Assembly: GCA_964247055.1 (NCBI GenBank)
Contig: OZ176054.1
Span: forward strand, 4,836,001-4,900,000
Source: Paragordius varius
Taxonomy: Eukaryota > Animalia > Nematomorpha
Direction of reading: 5' to 3'
DNA: 64,000 nt
Below are positions 38,527 through 52,951 of this stretch, one piece after another. Position 1 is the stretch's first letter; every line of letters begins with the position of its first letter. A program made the translations under genes and the position numbers. The notes beneath the pieces are model-generated. The model saw only the letters and a list, made by a program, of their open reading frames with translations, had not been told where the DNA came from and ran no database searches.

Positions 38527-38857
38527 GTACTTTTTGCTATATTCTGGATAGTGGGGCTGGACTAGCCTTATTCAAAAAAGCTCAGTCACAATCCGTACAT
38601 TTATAAATGAAATATACTTAGATTTAATCCATAGTAAACATAATATAAAGCAAATAATTTTTTTCATCACTTTATTGCTAATTCATAGAAGCTAATCATT
38701 ATATGAAATATAAATGATCATTATTAATATGCATTCATAAATCGCACATTTGGACGTTAATTAAGGATGTCGAATAAATAATATTCTAGAGGTTATATTA
38801 ATAATAATTGACTAATAACTGTTCCCTATAAAGGACGGTGGCATGGAATATTTAGAT

Positions 38858-39068
38858 CAGTGATACTCAAACCGCGGCCCATCGTATGCGATCCTAAAGG
38901 TCCTTTATGGTGCTGAGGCATTTATTGATTTTCGGAAAGTACTTATTTGGAATAAAAAATCTGCAATGTGTCACACATCTATTGAATTTCGATCGGTATT
39001 ATGACTCTTGAAACAAAAAAACATTTTTTTGGCCCTTTGTTAAATTTTTAGGTGAATACCAGCCACTG
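38858..39068. mobile_element. hAT-type MITE
   Basis: CAGTGATACTCAAACCGCGGCCC ... CCACTG ends and an imperfect 8-bp TSD ATTTAGAT/ATTTAGGC. A related reverse-orientation fragment (GAGCCGCGGTTTGA) lies near 40640. Confidence 0.7.
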
Positions 39069-39546
39069 ATTTAGGCTACGCAAAGCAAACGACCCAGATC
39101 TGCGCGTCTATCTATGTACATAAAATGGTAATGTCTGTAATGTGAAATCATGTGCGACACTAAGATTTATAACATAAACAACATTATTATGAAAAATATT
39201 TAAATAATCAAAATAATTTTATCACATTTGTAAAAATTATTTTTGTATAAATTTCATTTATCCAAATTTTGTCCAAAATAATAGGGCTCAAGGTATAAGC
39301 AAATAATTAGATGTTATAAAAAATAATGTATATGAAAATATCGTTTGTTAAATTAATATTTGAAATACCCACAAATTCCAAAACTTCCTAAATTCAATCA
39401 ATTTAAGGCTCTGTCAGTCTTAATAGTACCAGTTTGTTTCTTATATATATGTATTTTTGCACATATATTAAATATTAAAATTGCTTTAATGTATATTAAA
39501 AAGTAAGATATTTGAATAATAACATTATCATAATTTTATTAATATA

Positions 39547-40068
39547 CCATTTGCACTTCAAGAGTGTCCTTGAACACTTCAAGTTGGTCCTTGAACATTC
39601 CAAGTTGGTCCTTAAAATTTTTAAATTTTGATTTAACCATAATTTTTCATTTATTTTATTATTTTAAAACCTAATTTTCTTTATTATATATTTATTCATT
39701 TTAAAATAAAAATTTCTATTCAAAAACCCCTTTTTTGTTTCAAACTATTTTTTTCCAATTTAACACAGTTATTAATTTTTATATGTTTTCAATGAAAAAT
39801 TGTAATAATAACCCAGAAAACTTATATATTTTTTAATTACGTGTTAAATTCTTATAAATATCCAAAATAATTCTAAGAACTTAATAGAGACAAACGATTT
39901 CTGAATGGTTAAAAAATAATATTGATTTAAAATTTATGTTAAATGATAGAAAATAGGGTAAAAATAATAAAATAGATGAATAATATACGATATTGAAAAA
40001 AGTTAAGAAATCAAAAAAGTCAAAGGACCAACTTGAAGTGTTCAAGGACACTCTTGAAGTGCAAATGG
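39547..40068. mobile_element. MITE family A copy with perfect TIRs
   Basis: 46-bp perfect inverted match CCATTTGCACTTCAAGAGTGTCCTTGAACACTTCAAGTTGGTCCTT, TATA on both flanks. Confidence 0.9.
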
Positions 40069-40089
40069 TATATATCAATTTATGATATA

Positions 40090-40320
40090 CCATTTACAGT
40101 TCAAATTCACCATTGAAAATTATGTGTTTTTAAGATTAAAAATTACATATATTTTTTATATTTTTAAAAAATATTTCGTTTAAAATTAATATAATACTAA
40201 AAAAATAATAAACTATGCCATAACGATATATTACATATGAACGATGAGTTATATTAGCCCGAAAAAACATAATTTATTATCTGGGTGAATTCAATTTGTA
40301 GGGTTAATTTGAATTGTTAA
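40090..40320. mobile_element. Truncated MITE family B copy
   Basis: TATA|CCATTTACAGTTCAAATTCACC start and the same internal sequence as 9301-9616; the right terminus has eroded. Confidence 0.7.
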
Positions 40321-41690
40321 TTTTATATATAAAATAAATTTAAACAAATGCTCATGGCGGGCAAAAGGTAAAAAGATAGCCACTCAAAATTTTTTATGCG
40401 GTTCATGTATGAATACAAAGAAGTAAATTTTTAAATTGAGATAAAATTTTTAAATTAGAAAATGCATTCGATAAAGCATACAGCGGTAGTAGTCATTTTA
40501 AAATTTTAAAAAACAAATATTTATCTTATGTAAATACCTATAAAAAACATAGCTGCTTAACCATATGCACATATTTAAATAAATACGCCAAAAAGTTAAA
40601 TAAAATAAAGCCATAAACTTTTATGGCTGCATGCGGTCCACGAGCCGCGGTTTGACTGCCATACGGTAAAAAGGCACGGGTTCAATGCTTTTCTTTACCT
40701 CTAAGGCAAGTGTGAGAATGACAAACATCAAAAAATAATCCGAAAACTTATATAAATACCATAAAAGACTAAAAATGACAATTTAAAACTAAATTCTATA
40801 TTTTCATTTTTATATGTTTCGTTTATTACTTTTATGCATACCTTGCTAGATGATTCACTAATTATAGTTTCACAATAGCTTGAACTTTTACCAGTAGATT
40901 TGTGTATTATTGCAATATTCATTTTATTATACACATCTATTTATTTAACCGAAATTTCATTTAAAATATGTTAAGATATAAATTGTTTAGAGTATAAACG
41001 AGGAAACAATTTTGTTAGGCGAATAAAGCAATAGGAAAAAGAACCACTATCCAGAATGATAGAATCGCTACCACCATCGGGCAGTTTATTTTATGATTAA
41101 GTTCAAAACCAATCATAAAAATAGGTACACAACATTTTTTTAAGCAAAGACAAGATTTTTTCAAGCGAACGCAACATTTTTTCATCCAAATCCACATTTT
41201 TTAGTTGTCTTTACTTAAATAATATTGCTTTAAGCTGAAAAAAAGGCATATCATTTCATATGGTAATATATTGCTAGACGCTCATTGTCGAAAAAAATAT
41301 GAGATAGATTTTTTAAATTTATAAATATTTATTTAAAGGCAATCAATGGTACTAAAGCATGTATTAATCTAAAACAAAATATTTAAAATGATAATACGAT
41401 TATTAAATTAAAAATATTTGACCGATAATAATATGTTGAATACATTTCGATGTCTAAAGACACTGTTGTAAACAAATTTGGTAAGATAATATCGAAAATA
41501 AAATAGATATGAGATAATTTGAGCAATATTGCACGTAAGATGCGAGGTGAATCATGATACATTTTGCATAGTTTTAGTTAGGATATACAATGTTATATAT
41601 TAATGCACTTTCAAATTAATATTGGTTAAACCTAATAAGCAAAATTGTCTACAAACATTTAAATTTTATATCCTAATTGTGCTTGTTACC

Positions 41691-44600
41691 TTAAATTAAA
41701 TTATTTACATAATTTGTTGGGTATATTGCATAGGATTGATCATTTATCAAATAATCATTATTTTCATTGATGATATAACTATTATTATTGTTATCGATCG
41801 AATAGCTGCCAGTATTATTGTATTGAGAGTTAATTTTATTTTCAGGTTTATCTAGGTGTGCATAGGATGCGCTGTTTTCTTGGACCAGTTCTTGATTCCG
41901 AAGTTGATTGTTCAAATTTTGAATATTGGGTGGAATTATAGGGTAATACGTTGTCGCTGTTGGCATGTTTAGTGCATTTGGGGATACCTTGAAATTACCA
42001 ACATTATTAGTGTTACCTTGGGGGTGATAGACAACCCCACCTCCTCCAATCGGTGTATTGTTTTGGGAATCTTTAACAGTACTGTCTGGGAGTTGTGTGC
42101 TATTCTCATCCGTGTAACAACCATTATCCCCTGCTATGTATGGATTTGTTCTGGGGAAGATTGGATAATAAAAATATTCAGGACTGTTGTTGTTTACATA
42201 ACTATTATTTTTATTTACATCAAAGTTTTGATCCGGCATCCTATGTTCCATATTGTATGGGCTAACATTGGCGAAATAATAAAAACTATTTGGAGGATAC
42301 GGATGGCTGCTAACATAATTAATATTTTTTAGGTTATTATCATTGTTTTTGGCAGTTGATGAATTGGTATTTTGTTGACAATTTGAGGTTAGTGAAGATG
42401 TTGCCGAAATCCTTAGAGGCGATAGTTGGTTTAAATCGGCAGTAATGTAGGAACGAGGTAACTTATAGGCCCTTGTAGTGCCATTCGAATACCTCGATAA
42501 CCATTTACCTTCTTCGATTATGGATAAATCATCTAAAAATATTGTTAATCACGATAAATAACTCAAGTAGGCTTATAAAATTATCAAAATATGCAATTAT
42601 CTGGCTTTTCATGGTCTCTTCATTGTTTCAAAATAATATAGATTTATCAGACCAAACTAGAAAATTATGACTTTACAGGTCTACAAATCATATAGCCTAT
42701 TCAATAAAAGATCAATCACTATTTGACTATATTTTTGATAATATCATCAAAAATTTGATTAGAACCGCCTGCAAAGAATTAGATTAATTGAGGAGATAAA
42801 AAATGTTTGCTAAGATATAACTTTGATTACAGTTATTACTTTTCTTTTTCGACACAACATCATTTTATAATTTCGGAAAGAGTTATGTTGAATGAACGGC
42901 ATATTTATTTTGTTGAAATACAGATAGTATATTAAAAACTCATATCAAAAAGGCAATTATTATGATTGAAATATACAAATTATATGATTATAATTATTAC
43001 TGAACTTTATCGGCAATTTTTTAATTGGGATATAACTATGAGATAATGAAGTGCCTAAAATAATGACTTCTGTTTCATTTAACCAAAATTTTGCTTTAAA
43101 GTTCACACCGTAAATTGCCGCAATACTCTGGCTATTGAGTGTAAATTATGAAAAATAACCATCAGAAAAGTCCTATAAATGCATTTATTCATATATTAGC
43201 GATCTATTTTGCGCTTTAAAGCCTAGGATGCCATGGTTTCCAGACTTTTATTACGCCCTATTTATCAACCATTTTTTTAATCGACCCTCAAAAGTTATCT
43301 CGTGAAAAAGGTAGTTATTTGCATGCCCCTCAGATTAAAAACCGCTATTTGGAGTCCATCTCTTATGCAATTATAAAATGTTACCAGGTTTTTTCATGGC
43401 TCTCAAGATGCTAGGTAAATCCTTTTTACGCCATTTAGCAATCTCTTCTGTCATTTTGGTTAATTTTTTCTTGTTTAAGGCCCAAAGACATCCCTTCTTG
43501 CTGGCATTTTGTTTCAACTCAATTTTTTCAAAACTCTTATTGAGTGATAAGTTATGTCGAACAGAATTCTAAATTTAAAAATTAAAATATTAACCTTCCA
43601 TCCATCTGGTGCAGTTTTGAAGTAGGGGAAAATTTCACTATACAAAAATATAGATTAAAAATGGATAAAACTCCATCCTTTGGGAAAAAATTAATAAAAA
43701 AGAGCTATTTTTAGTTTTAACGGGTAAGTTATTTGTTTCGTGCCCTTGGAATAAGCGTTGTTAATTATTAGTTTCGCCTGATAATTCAATCTTAAAACCG
43801 CGTTATTTTTCATAAACACTTTTGGTTGTTAACGATTATAACGTTAATTGGCTTATAAAAGAGGACCTTTTCTTATTCAAGCAAACATTTTTTATAATAA
43901 CATCATTTTTCCGAAAACCTAATATTTGAAGCTACTTTTTTCTAAACAATTAACATTTCATTAAAAGAAAATCTTGTTTCCTTCATAAACTTACAAATGT
44001 TCAAGTGAGAATTCGAGTAAAATTGGTTTTTTGAAATAATATTGCTTTGAAAAAAAGTTACCTCTAAATAAAAAACATTTTAAGGAAAAATGATATATTA
44101 TTAAAAATGATTATTTTAAACTAGCCCACTCGGAGACTTAAATTTATTAATAATAATATAATCATATAAGGTATTTTGGCTATATTCTAAGAACAAAAAA
44201 CTGTAAGTGGTTAAAGTTTTGTATCACTAATTTTGTTAATTATCTAAAACTTTTTATTGAAGGATTCGTAAATTATCCGTTGCAAATAATTTCTACACTT
44301 TTCACTCGATTTCGGCAAAGACTTACTAGACCATCATTTCTACCTCAATGTAATGAATCCTTTAACTTCAATTATTATGGAACATAATATAATACAACAT
44401 ACCACATAAAATCATAAATTTCATGGACAGGCAATGAACCCGTTTTGCTATTCTTCAAAGCCAACGCAATAAGGCAACTATAAGAGTATGGAGGCTTTGG
44501 AAAATTGAGTGAGCTATCCATCACACCACGATAATGTAAATGCCCATTATTGTTAAATGAGGTGTAATTATGCAAACCCACTGTTCTTCGATTCAGATAC

Positions 44601-45925
44601 AATGGATTTAACGATTGAAAATGTGGATTATGATAGTTCCCTGCTGTTATGACTGGTGGTAAAACATTAGGTGCACTTAAAACAATATGGGGACTTAGAG
44701 TGCTATAGTTTATGTTTTGGTTTTGATTTATGGCAAAACCGTTTGGATTAGAAATAGAGGCAGCCACATGCGATTGATTTACATTACCTTTAAAATTATT
44801 TAATGATATGGTTATAAGATTGCTTTTCTCCTTTAACCTAAAATCATTACAGTCATTGCCATTCGTTTGACCGTAAGGTGTAGATGGTGGACAGGTAGCT
44901 TTGCAAATGATAGGATGTATCGTTGTAGTATTTAGAACGGTTTGACAGGCGTTATATGTTTGAGTATTTGGCTTAATATAGCTTTTTACGATATTTTTTC
45001 CGTTTACATGTATATTTGAGTAATTACCCATTTCTTTGGTGGTGAAATTACAATTTGAATATATTAAATAAGATGAATTGGTAGAGTAATCATTTTGCAA
45101 CGGTGTGCAGCAAGAATAACTGAAGAGATTAGTTTGATTATTGCCTTCTTCCCGAAAAATTGTCCATTTTGTTTCGTTTTCGATTTGATTTGATGCGTTA
45201 AAATGCCCTTTATTATGGATTCTTCCGTTGGGCCTAAAATGCCAATAGTCATACACTTAAGTTTACCCAAATATTCAACATTTTGCGATTTAATTTAAAT
45301 TAAAAAATTTATTATTACACCAACTTAAAAACTTTACCTTTATACATGATAAAAGACCATAAGAAGCTTAAATATATTAAAACTTAACCAACAAAAATAG
45401 ATATAACATTTTGTGTCATGATAAAATAAGACATAACGCATACTTAATGATAGATCCATCAGAATTAAATATGTCTTCTTCTTCGATTAGAGGGTCAAGG
45501 ATGGATTTACCGTTTGCAAATTCGACGTTTTTTTCTTGTTCCGTTGACAAATCTAAAGTGTTCAAATTTGTATTATATTCCAAATCATGGGAAATTGATT
45601 TAAAGCTTGTCATATCTATCGTGTTTAGCCATGACATAACACCACCGTTAGCAGTAAAGTTGGTATTAAAGGGGGAACTTGAATTATAAGTTCTTTGAGT
45701 AATAGATTGAAGCAAATCATCGTTTAGCAAATCAGGTTCTCCCAATTGACTTAAAAATGTGCTTGTTGTTAATCCGATAGGATTCACATTTTTCTCCTTC
45801 GAGGTGGATTCGAGGCTCACAAATTCACTTTCAATGGACGGCTCTAGATTATCCTTATACAAAGTGGGGTCAGCTTTACAATTTATTGGATTGTGGTGGT
45901 ACATATAAAGATCATTTTCCATCAT
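41691..45925 (-). CDS. FoxN1/4: Forkhead transcription factor, FoxN1/4 class
   Basis: Exons 45925-45444, about 45255-44403, 43637-43595, 43568-43385 and 42532-41691. Forkhead domain [33 protein letters not shown]|[14 protein letters not shown]|[17 protein letters not shown]...KKGCLWALN...[10 protein letters not shown]. The 5' exon joins are less certain. Confidence 0.9.
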
Positions 45926-47072
45926 ATTTGATCACAACTATCAAATGAAAAAAAAACGGCAAAATCGCAAAAAATTTATTTTATGTTTACAGATTTTATA
46001 GGTTGTGGCTTGACATAAAACGGCCATATCTAATTTTGGACTACATAAAGGTTCATAATCACTATGCGTATGGGGATGATGATGTAGTATAAGTTTATTT
46101 ATATCTAATATAAATACATGTTTTAGACAAATCAATTGGGTCGCCCCTATATAATCTAAATTTTTTGTGGTATACAGCAAACGATAGATATTAGAGTTAA
46201 TATATACATTACATATACAAACAATTTTTTAAAATTTTAATGTAAAACGCTTTTTATCTTCCTCGGATTTAACGGTCATTTTTCTGTTTGTTATTTATTA
46301 TTTATTATACTAAACATAATTATATTATATTGTATTAATATGGCAAAAGGTTTTGAGCGCGTGCCTAACATTAATATACAACATTTCTCTACTATATTTA
46401 TTTTGTGACAATAGCATTCAATTTTTGTATATTTTATGAATAAACTAACTCTATATATCTATATATATTTATAAAAGTGAATGTGCTTTACCTAATTTTT
46501 TTTATTTTTTACTTAATATTTTTAGTATTGAACTATGTGTGCTTGTTTGCTGCATACGCCCGGTGTTCTTACTCACTTATACTTACATTACGACTTTTTT
46601 TCTATATATATTAGAAAAAATGGGGACTGCTTTAAAAAGCACAAAAAAGCGCAAAAAATATATTATTATATAATGGAAAAAATGGAAAAAAATAATAAAT
46701 TGAAACAATGTCACTCATCTTTGATTAAATCCACCACAGAGAAAGAGTGAGCGACAATATTTTTATTATACATATAACTTCATACTATTTTATGGAACAT
46801 TGATTTATGCAGCAAAAATTTAAAATTTCTAATATTTTTTAATAATATGATATATATATACATATATATATATATATATTTGGGGGTCAGGTAACACTAA
46901 AAGGGATTTTATATTTAAACGTTGAAATATTATTTGGTTAGCATTGTAAAATTATCGATAAGTCAAAAAAATATCAACATTACTTTCTGACCTATACAAT
47001 CCATATCTAGGCATATTCATATATATGCTAATTAATTATTCCCCCATTATTTAATTAAATCATTAACATTAA

Positions 47073-48142
47073 CTTTTGGATACAACACATTTAATTCAAT
47101 CCTTCGATTCAAATTGGGGTGGTTGGATACCCAGGCCTGTAAAAATATGGAATATAAAAGGTTCTTCAACCGAAATATAAAAAAAATTATTCAAAAATGC
47201 TTGATATTACTTATTTTAAGGTAAAAGTCAAAGGTAAAAATTTGGTCACCATGACATTTGTGCATTAGAATTTAAAAATAATACAAAACCACTTTTTCTG
47301 TTTCTATCTATGTTAGATATGATTTTAAAAATTAAATTTAATTTAGCTTTAATATTAAATAAACACACGATATTTAGTAAAAATGTTGCAAAATAAAAAT
47401 GGCGTCGAAGTAGTTTAACACTTGGATACAACACATCGTTTTAGTCCTTCGATTCAAATTGGGGTATTTCCCCAGGCCTGTTTAAAATAAAATACTATAA
47501 AAATATGGAAGGAATGGAAACCATGGCAAAACTTTGGAGTTGTATAACATTAATAAACCGAAATATATAAAAAAAATTATTTAAAAATACTTGATATTAC
47601 CTATTTTAAGCTAAATCCGAAAGGCAAAAATTTCGTCAACGTGACATGTGTGAAACATTAAAATTAAAAAATAATACAAAATAAACCGCGTTTTTTATTT
47701 CTATCAATGTTAGATGTATATGTTAAAAATTAGCTTTAATTTTACCCTAAAATTAAATGAATACGATATTTACAAAAATTTTGTAAAATAAATGGCGTCG
47801 AAGTAGTTTCACATGAAACTTTTTTTCAAAACAAAATTTTATTAAGATATTTTGGCCTATTTATATAATTTTTATTAGGATAGAAGCATAAATTTGAATT
47901 GGGACCGTTTCCTTAAGTATTTTAAAAATATTAATTTAAATTTAGTTTGGGGTATTTAGATACCCCAATTTGAATCGAAGTGTTAATATGTAACTTTTTC
48001 CAAAACTAAAATTAATTTAGATTCGGCTTATTTATATAATTTATATTAGAATAAAAGCATTGACTTAAAGTGGAATCGTTTCCTTCAGCAATTTTTTGTA
48101 TATATCAATTTAAAATATTCTGAGGTATATTAAATCGAAGTG
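47073..48142. mobile_element. TTAA-flanked MITE (piggyBac-like) interrupted by a second copy of itself (47419-47982)
   Basis: Ends TTAA|C(A)CTT..GGATACAACAC...TTCGATTCAAATTGGGG and AATCGAAGTG|TTAA. The inner copy has TTAA on both sides, and the outer copy's 3' half resumes after 47986. Confidence 0.8.
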
Positions 48143-48496
48143 TTAAGAATAAAATTCTTATTTTTCAAATATTTTTTTTTATTTTTCGCTAAAAAATAAT
48201 TTTGCATTAGATTTTATAATAACGAATTTTTGCTTCTATGTTTGGCTAAAATGACAATCAACAGGTGAGATATGTTTTATTAATCTTTTGCTACAAATTT
48301 TTTTTAATAAAAAAATTCCTTTTTTATTTAAAAAGAAAAAGAATGCGGTTTTCGTCTGTTCTGGGGATACTTTTTTCGGTTTACTATAAATAGATTGCGA
48401 CAACTGATTTATGATGTTACATAATTTAAACTTGCATACTCTTTATTTCTTATAAATTGCTAATAAATGAACAAAGGTTATATAAATATAAATTGG

Positions 48497-48528
<32 letters not shown>

Positions 48529-49378
48529 ACCAGGTGTAAATCCCTGTATTTTGTCCATAAAAATTATATGGAACTTTGACATTGTTAAATTTATGAACCT
48601 TTTGTTTGCTATATGTTATGTTATGTTAAATAAAATTGTTATTTTTAAAATATCGACACGCGACAAACCAGTTACATACAATGTATATAATACATGCTAC
48701 CAGGTTTTCCAAAAAAATATTTTGAATGATTTTTGACAACATTTGAACTTTTTAATTGGTTGTGTCGTTTAATAACGTATTTATGTATAAATAATACAGT
48801 GTCAATAAATGGATTTTATAAAAAGCATATATGCCTCGCTATAGTTTCAAATAGCCCAAAAAGTAATGGATTTATTTTATATAATAATAAAAATAAGTAC
48901 ATTTTTTTGGTTTGGTAATAGTAATTATTATAAGCTTAGAGCGAGAGACATGTGCAATTTTATTTCAAAAAAATAAATTATTTTTGTTTAAGAAGTATAT
49001 ACCTTACCAAATAGGTGCCAATGACACTTTATTTTGCCCTATATTAATTTTAGCCTTAAATAAACCTCTAACTTAAATAAATTTTTAGCATTTAAGTTTC
49101 AATTGTAATCAGTATTTTAAAATAAAAAATGCCTGAAAGGCGGCTCAACCCGTAAGGGTCAAAAAAATTATTGACCTTCATAATACTCTATGGATATAAT
49201 GTCCCAGTAAATATAGATTTCAGATTTTTCAGGTTTTATTTTGACTAACTATCATGAAATTAAACATTAGTTGTAAAATTTAATAAAGATAATCAAACGA
49301 ATATAACTGTCTTTAAATTGATTCCACATGATCATTGAATACTTAAATTAAATAAAAACAAATTTTTGCTCCCTTTAA

Positions 49379-49960
49379 CACTTGGATACAACACACTCAT
49401 TTTAGTCCTTCGATTCAAATTGGGGTAGTTTGATACCCCAGGCCTGTTTAAAATCAATTATTTACAAAAGTATGGAAGGAATGAAAACCATGGCAAAAAT
49501 TTGCACTTACATAACATTATTTAGCCGAAATATATAAAAAATTTTATTCAAAAATACTTGATATTACTTATTTTAAGCTAAAAGCGAAGGGCAAAAATTT
49601 CGTCAACGTGACATGTGTCAAATTTTAAAATTAAAAAATAATACAAAATAAACCGCTTTTTCTATTTCTATCAATGTTAGATGTAATTTATATATATAAT
49701 CCACTTTAGTTTTACCCTTAAAATTAAACTAAAACGATATTTAGCAAAAAATTTGTAAAATAAAAATGGCGTCGAAGCAGTTTGAGATGGAACTTTTTTT
49801 TCAAAACAAAATTTTATCAAATTATTTTGGCATATTTATATAATATTTATCAGGATAGAAGCATAAATTTAAATTTGGACCGTTTCCTTCAGTAGTTTTA
49901 TAAAAAATATAATTTGAAATTCGTCTGGGGTATTTAGATACCCCAATTTGAATCGAAGTG
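49379..49960. mobile_element. Third, intact copy of the TTAA-flanked MITE
   Basis: TTAA|CACTTGGATACAACAC...CGATTCAAATTGGGGTA ... TACCCCAATTTGAATCGAAGTG|TTAA; internally colinear with 47419-47982. Confidence 0.85.
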
Positions 49961-52178
49961 TTAAATTGGCTTTTCTTGAAAGTATCGCAGAGCATGGATG
50001 ATACGATAATAACATTTAAACTAATATATGACTTCAAAAAATATTTTTATTATTTGAAAATTTTGTTAAAGCGCATTTTATGGTATTTAAAGTATAGTAG
50101 AATCATGAAAACTCTTTTTCCATATAATTCAATGGCGCCCAAACACAGAATTTCGATTATCATATTTGTTTTGCTTTCAAACTTAAGATAAATAAATGTA
50201 TATTTATCCTAAAAAATTGAATTTTTAAACAAACAAATATTTAAACCAAAATTCTGAGGGGATAGGATTGTTTGGCGTCATCTATTTTTATAAGCAAAGT
50301 GTTTTTATAATGTAACATTGCGTTTTTATACCTTTTTTACAACATGCTGTAAAGAACCGAATTACACCAACATAATTTCCCTATTTCTTTTTGTTGTTAT
50401 TATCTAGTATCATATATCAAAAATACTTTCCGCCCAACCTGGATTTTTGCGTTTATTTAAAAACTAGCCTATTTTTGAGGGGCGAATAGGATTTTCGTAT
50501 ACATCTAAAAAAATTATAGAAATATTGCTCTGTTCTCTTTCGCCTTCAAATTTTGCGTTTTGTGGATATAGAGCCAATACCATAAAATTGGTTATAACTT
50601 TCTGGTCACACATAAGGCCCAAAACCAAAAACATCATTAAAACGATATATTTTACTATCAGAATATGTACATTTCACCAAGATATTATTTAATACCCTCG
50701 ATTAACAAATTATACACAAATTTTTAAAAATCATTAAAACAAATATAAATGTTTTTAAGGTTTATAAGTTTTTATTTCCTCCTGGATGAAAGTAACTGTT
50801 TAATTATAACATACTTTGGGCTAATTTAAATGGGCATTATAAGATTTGAATAAGCCTACCGTTTTTGAAAAATTCGAGGTTTTCATCTCTAAGTGGGCCT
50901 AACTAAAAAATGCTTCCAAATGAAATGGTCATTAATGATAATTCTATCCTAGAATTAAATTTTATTTAAGGATATTTATTTTAAAATGCGTTATTCAATT
51001 AATTTAACACGGTATGCGTAATAAAACTTATTGTTTTAAAATTTAGTAGATATTAAATAGTAATGATCGTATTAAGTAGAATTGAGGCTCTTCTAGTGGT
51101 ATAAGGTTTAAGGTCTATTATATTATCCTTTAGCAAATCAATAAACTGTTTGTCAAACTTTAATTTATAAATTAAATTTGGTTTCAGTTTAAGTTCTTAA
51201 AATGAAAACTTTTAACGATTGCATAGAATCGTTTTACTGTCATTCATTGAAAAACTAATTAATCAATGTATATTAGAGATACATTTAGAATTTAGAAGAA
51301 AACATAGTTTATTTACTTTATTTTATTTGAGTAATATTTGTTATGTTTGCAAATATAATTTAGTTAGATCATTACTGGAATACATAAATTCAAAGATGTA
51401 TCAAAATTGTTGTAAAAATACATACCCATTCATTTACAATTTCTGAGCCTCTCTATCAAAAGTAGTTTTTTAGCGCTAAATTCAACGTATGATAACGCAT
51501 AATTGATCAATTATTAACATTTTTTCTTATAACAAAGCCATAAAATGGTAAGTGAAAAACCAAATTATTTTTTTGTTCACACTAGGTTAATCGGTTACTT
51601 TGCTGCTTAACCCTAAATCTTGCTCCCCTTTTAAAAGATAATGTTGATTACTTGATAAAAATAATTTATCAAGTTGGTATAAAACATTATCATTTTAAAA
51701 TCATTTTTCGTTAATTTTGTTTGTTTTGTTTTACAATATTTGCTACCTGCTGTTTTTTATCGGATAAAAACCCAACCCTTAAAGCATTGAATCTGGAGTC
51801 TTTCGTCGTGTTTCATTATATATTTATTATACGTTTGACGTCTAATTTTAAAAAATCTAGAATAAATTACAAAAAGACCCATTCTTCTTCTAATTTAACC
51901 AATTTGATACAAAATATAAATAAACCATTTAAACATAACTTATTGAATATTCTTCACAAACCAACCATATAATTATTAATATATTTATACAAAATCATAT
52001 TTAATTTAAGTAGTATGATTTCACCTAGTTTTTATGCAATATAAAATATTCAGAAGATATTATCTAATCCTTTTAGTAACACATTATAATTTAATATTAT
52101 TTTATTTGAAAGTAATAAAATTAAATTCACAAATCGACAATTAATTTTTTATGTTATAAAATAAGTCATGTGATTTCT

Positions 52179-52951
52179 TTATGCTTGGAATTTGGCGGAA
52201 AGTACCAAACAGCTCTTTTTCTTGCTTGCATCATCAACAAAAGTTACTCTGATCTCTGGAGGATACTTTTCATATTCCTACAAGAAATAATTTTTTATAA
52301 AATATATAAAAAATGTGACGTTTATTAAATATTTGAAAATAGATTTTTACTATCCTAAAATAATTGAAAATTTACTGGTAGATGATTGTGCTGATAAACA
52401 TATTTGGTTTCTTTATTAGCTTGAAGATTGGTTAAATTTGCTAAAATTTTATCATGGTTCCCAATGTTGTAATTGACCACAAGTTTCGCGATGTTAATAT
52501 CTATTATTTTTAAACATTAGGAAATTTGACTGGAATGATAATAAAAAATATTATTACCCAAATGTTTTTTAACCATCTCTATTTATAATTATTAAATATA
52601 TCCGCAACATCCTCTTAATATTTATTGCATAACTTTAATTATTTGCGCTGCCACAAAGGTTTATATTTTTCTTAAAAAAGGAAGGATGAGGTACAATTTA
52701 ACTCTTTAAAAATATTAATGAAAATGATAATGCAATCATATACTTGGTATAAAATGAACCACCAATTCGTCATTTCCCTTGATAATACATTGCTTTTGCG
52801 AATCGGCGCATTTGCTATCAATATCTGTAAACTTGATAATGTTATCAGAATCAGGACACGGTTTCAAGAAATCCGGTAATACAACACTTTCAATAATAAC
52901 CAGAGCGATGCCATAAACAATGCACGCGATGAAAATCGTTGTATTTTTCAT
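52179..52951 (-). CDS. Secreted ML-domain (NPC2/MD-2-related lipid recognition) protein, about 143 aa
   Basis: Exons 52951-52744, 52500-52376 and 52277-52179 are frame-consistent. Signal peptide, then FLKPC...C...C..KG..LVVHFIP, a YPPEIRVTFVD strand and a C-terminal Cys. The family call is by pattern recall only. Confidence 0.65.

Noticed and set aside
48526-48710. TACCAGGTGTA mariner-like end
   Set aside because: No matching inverted partner or transposase relic was found nearby.
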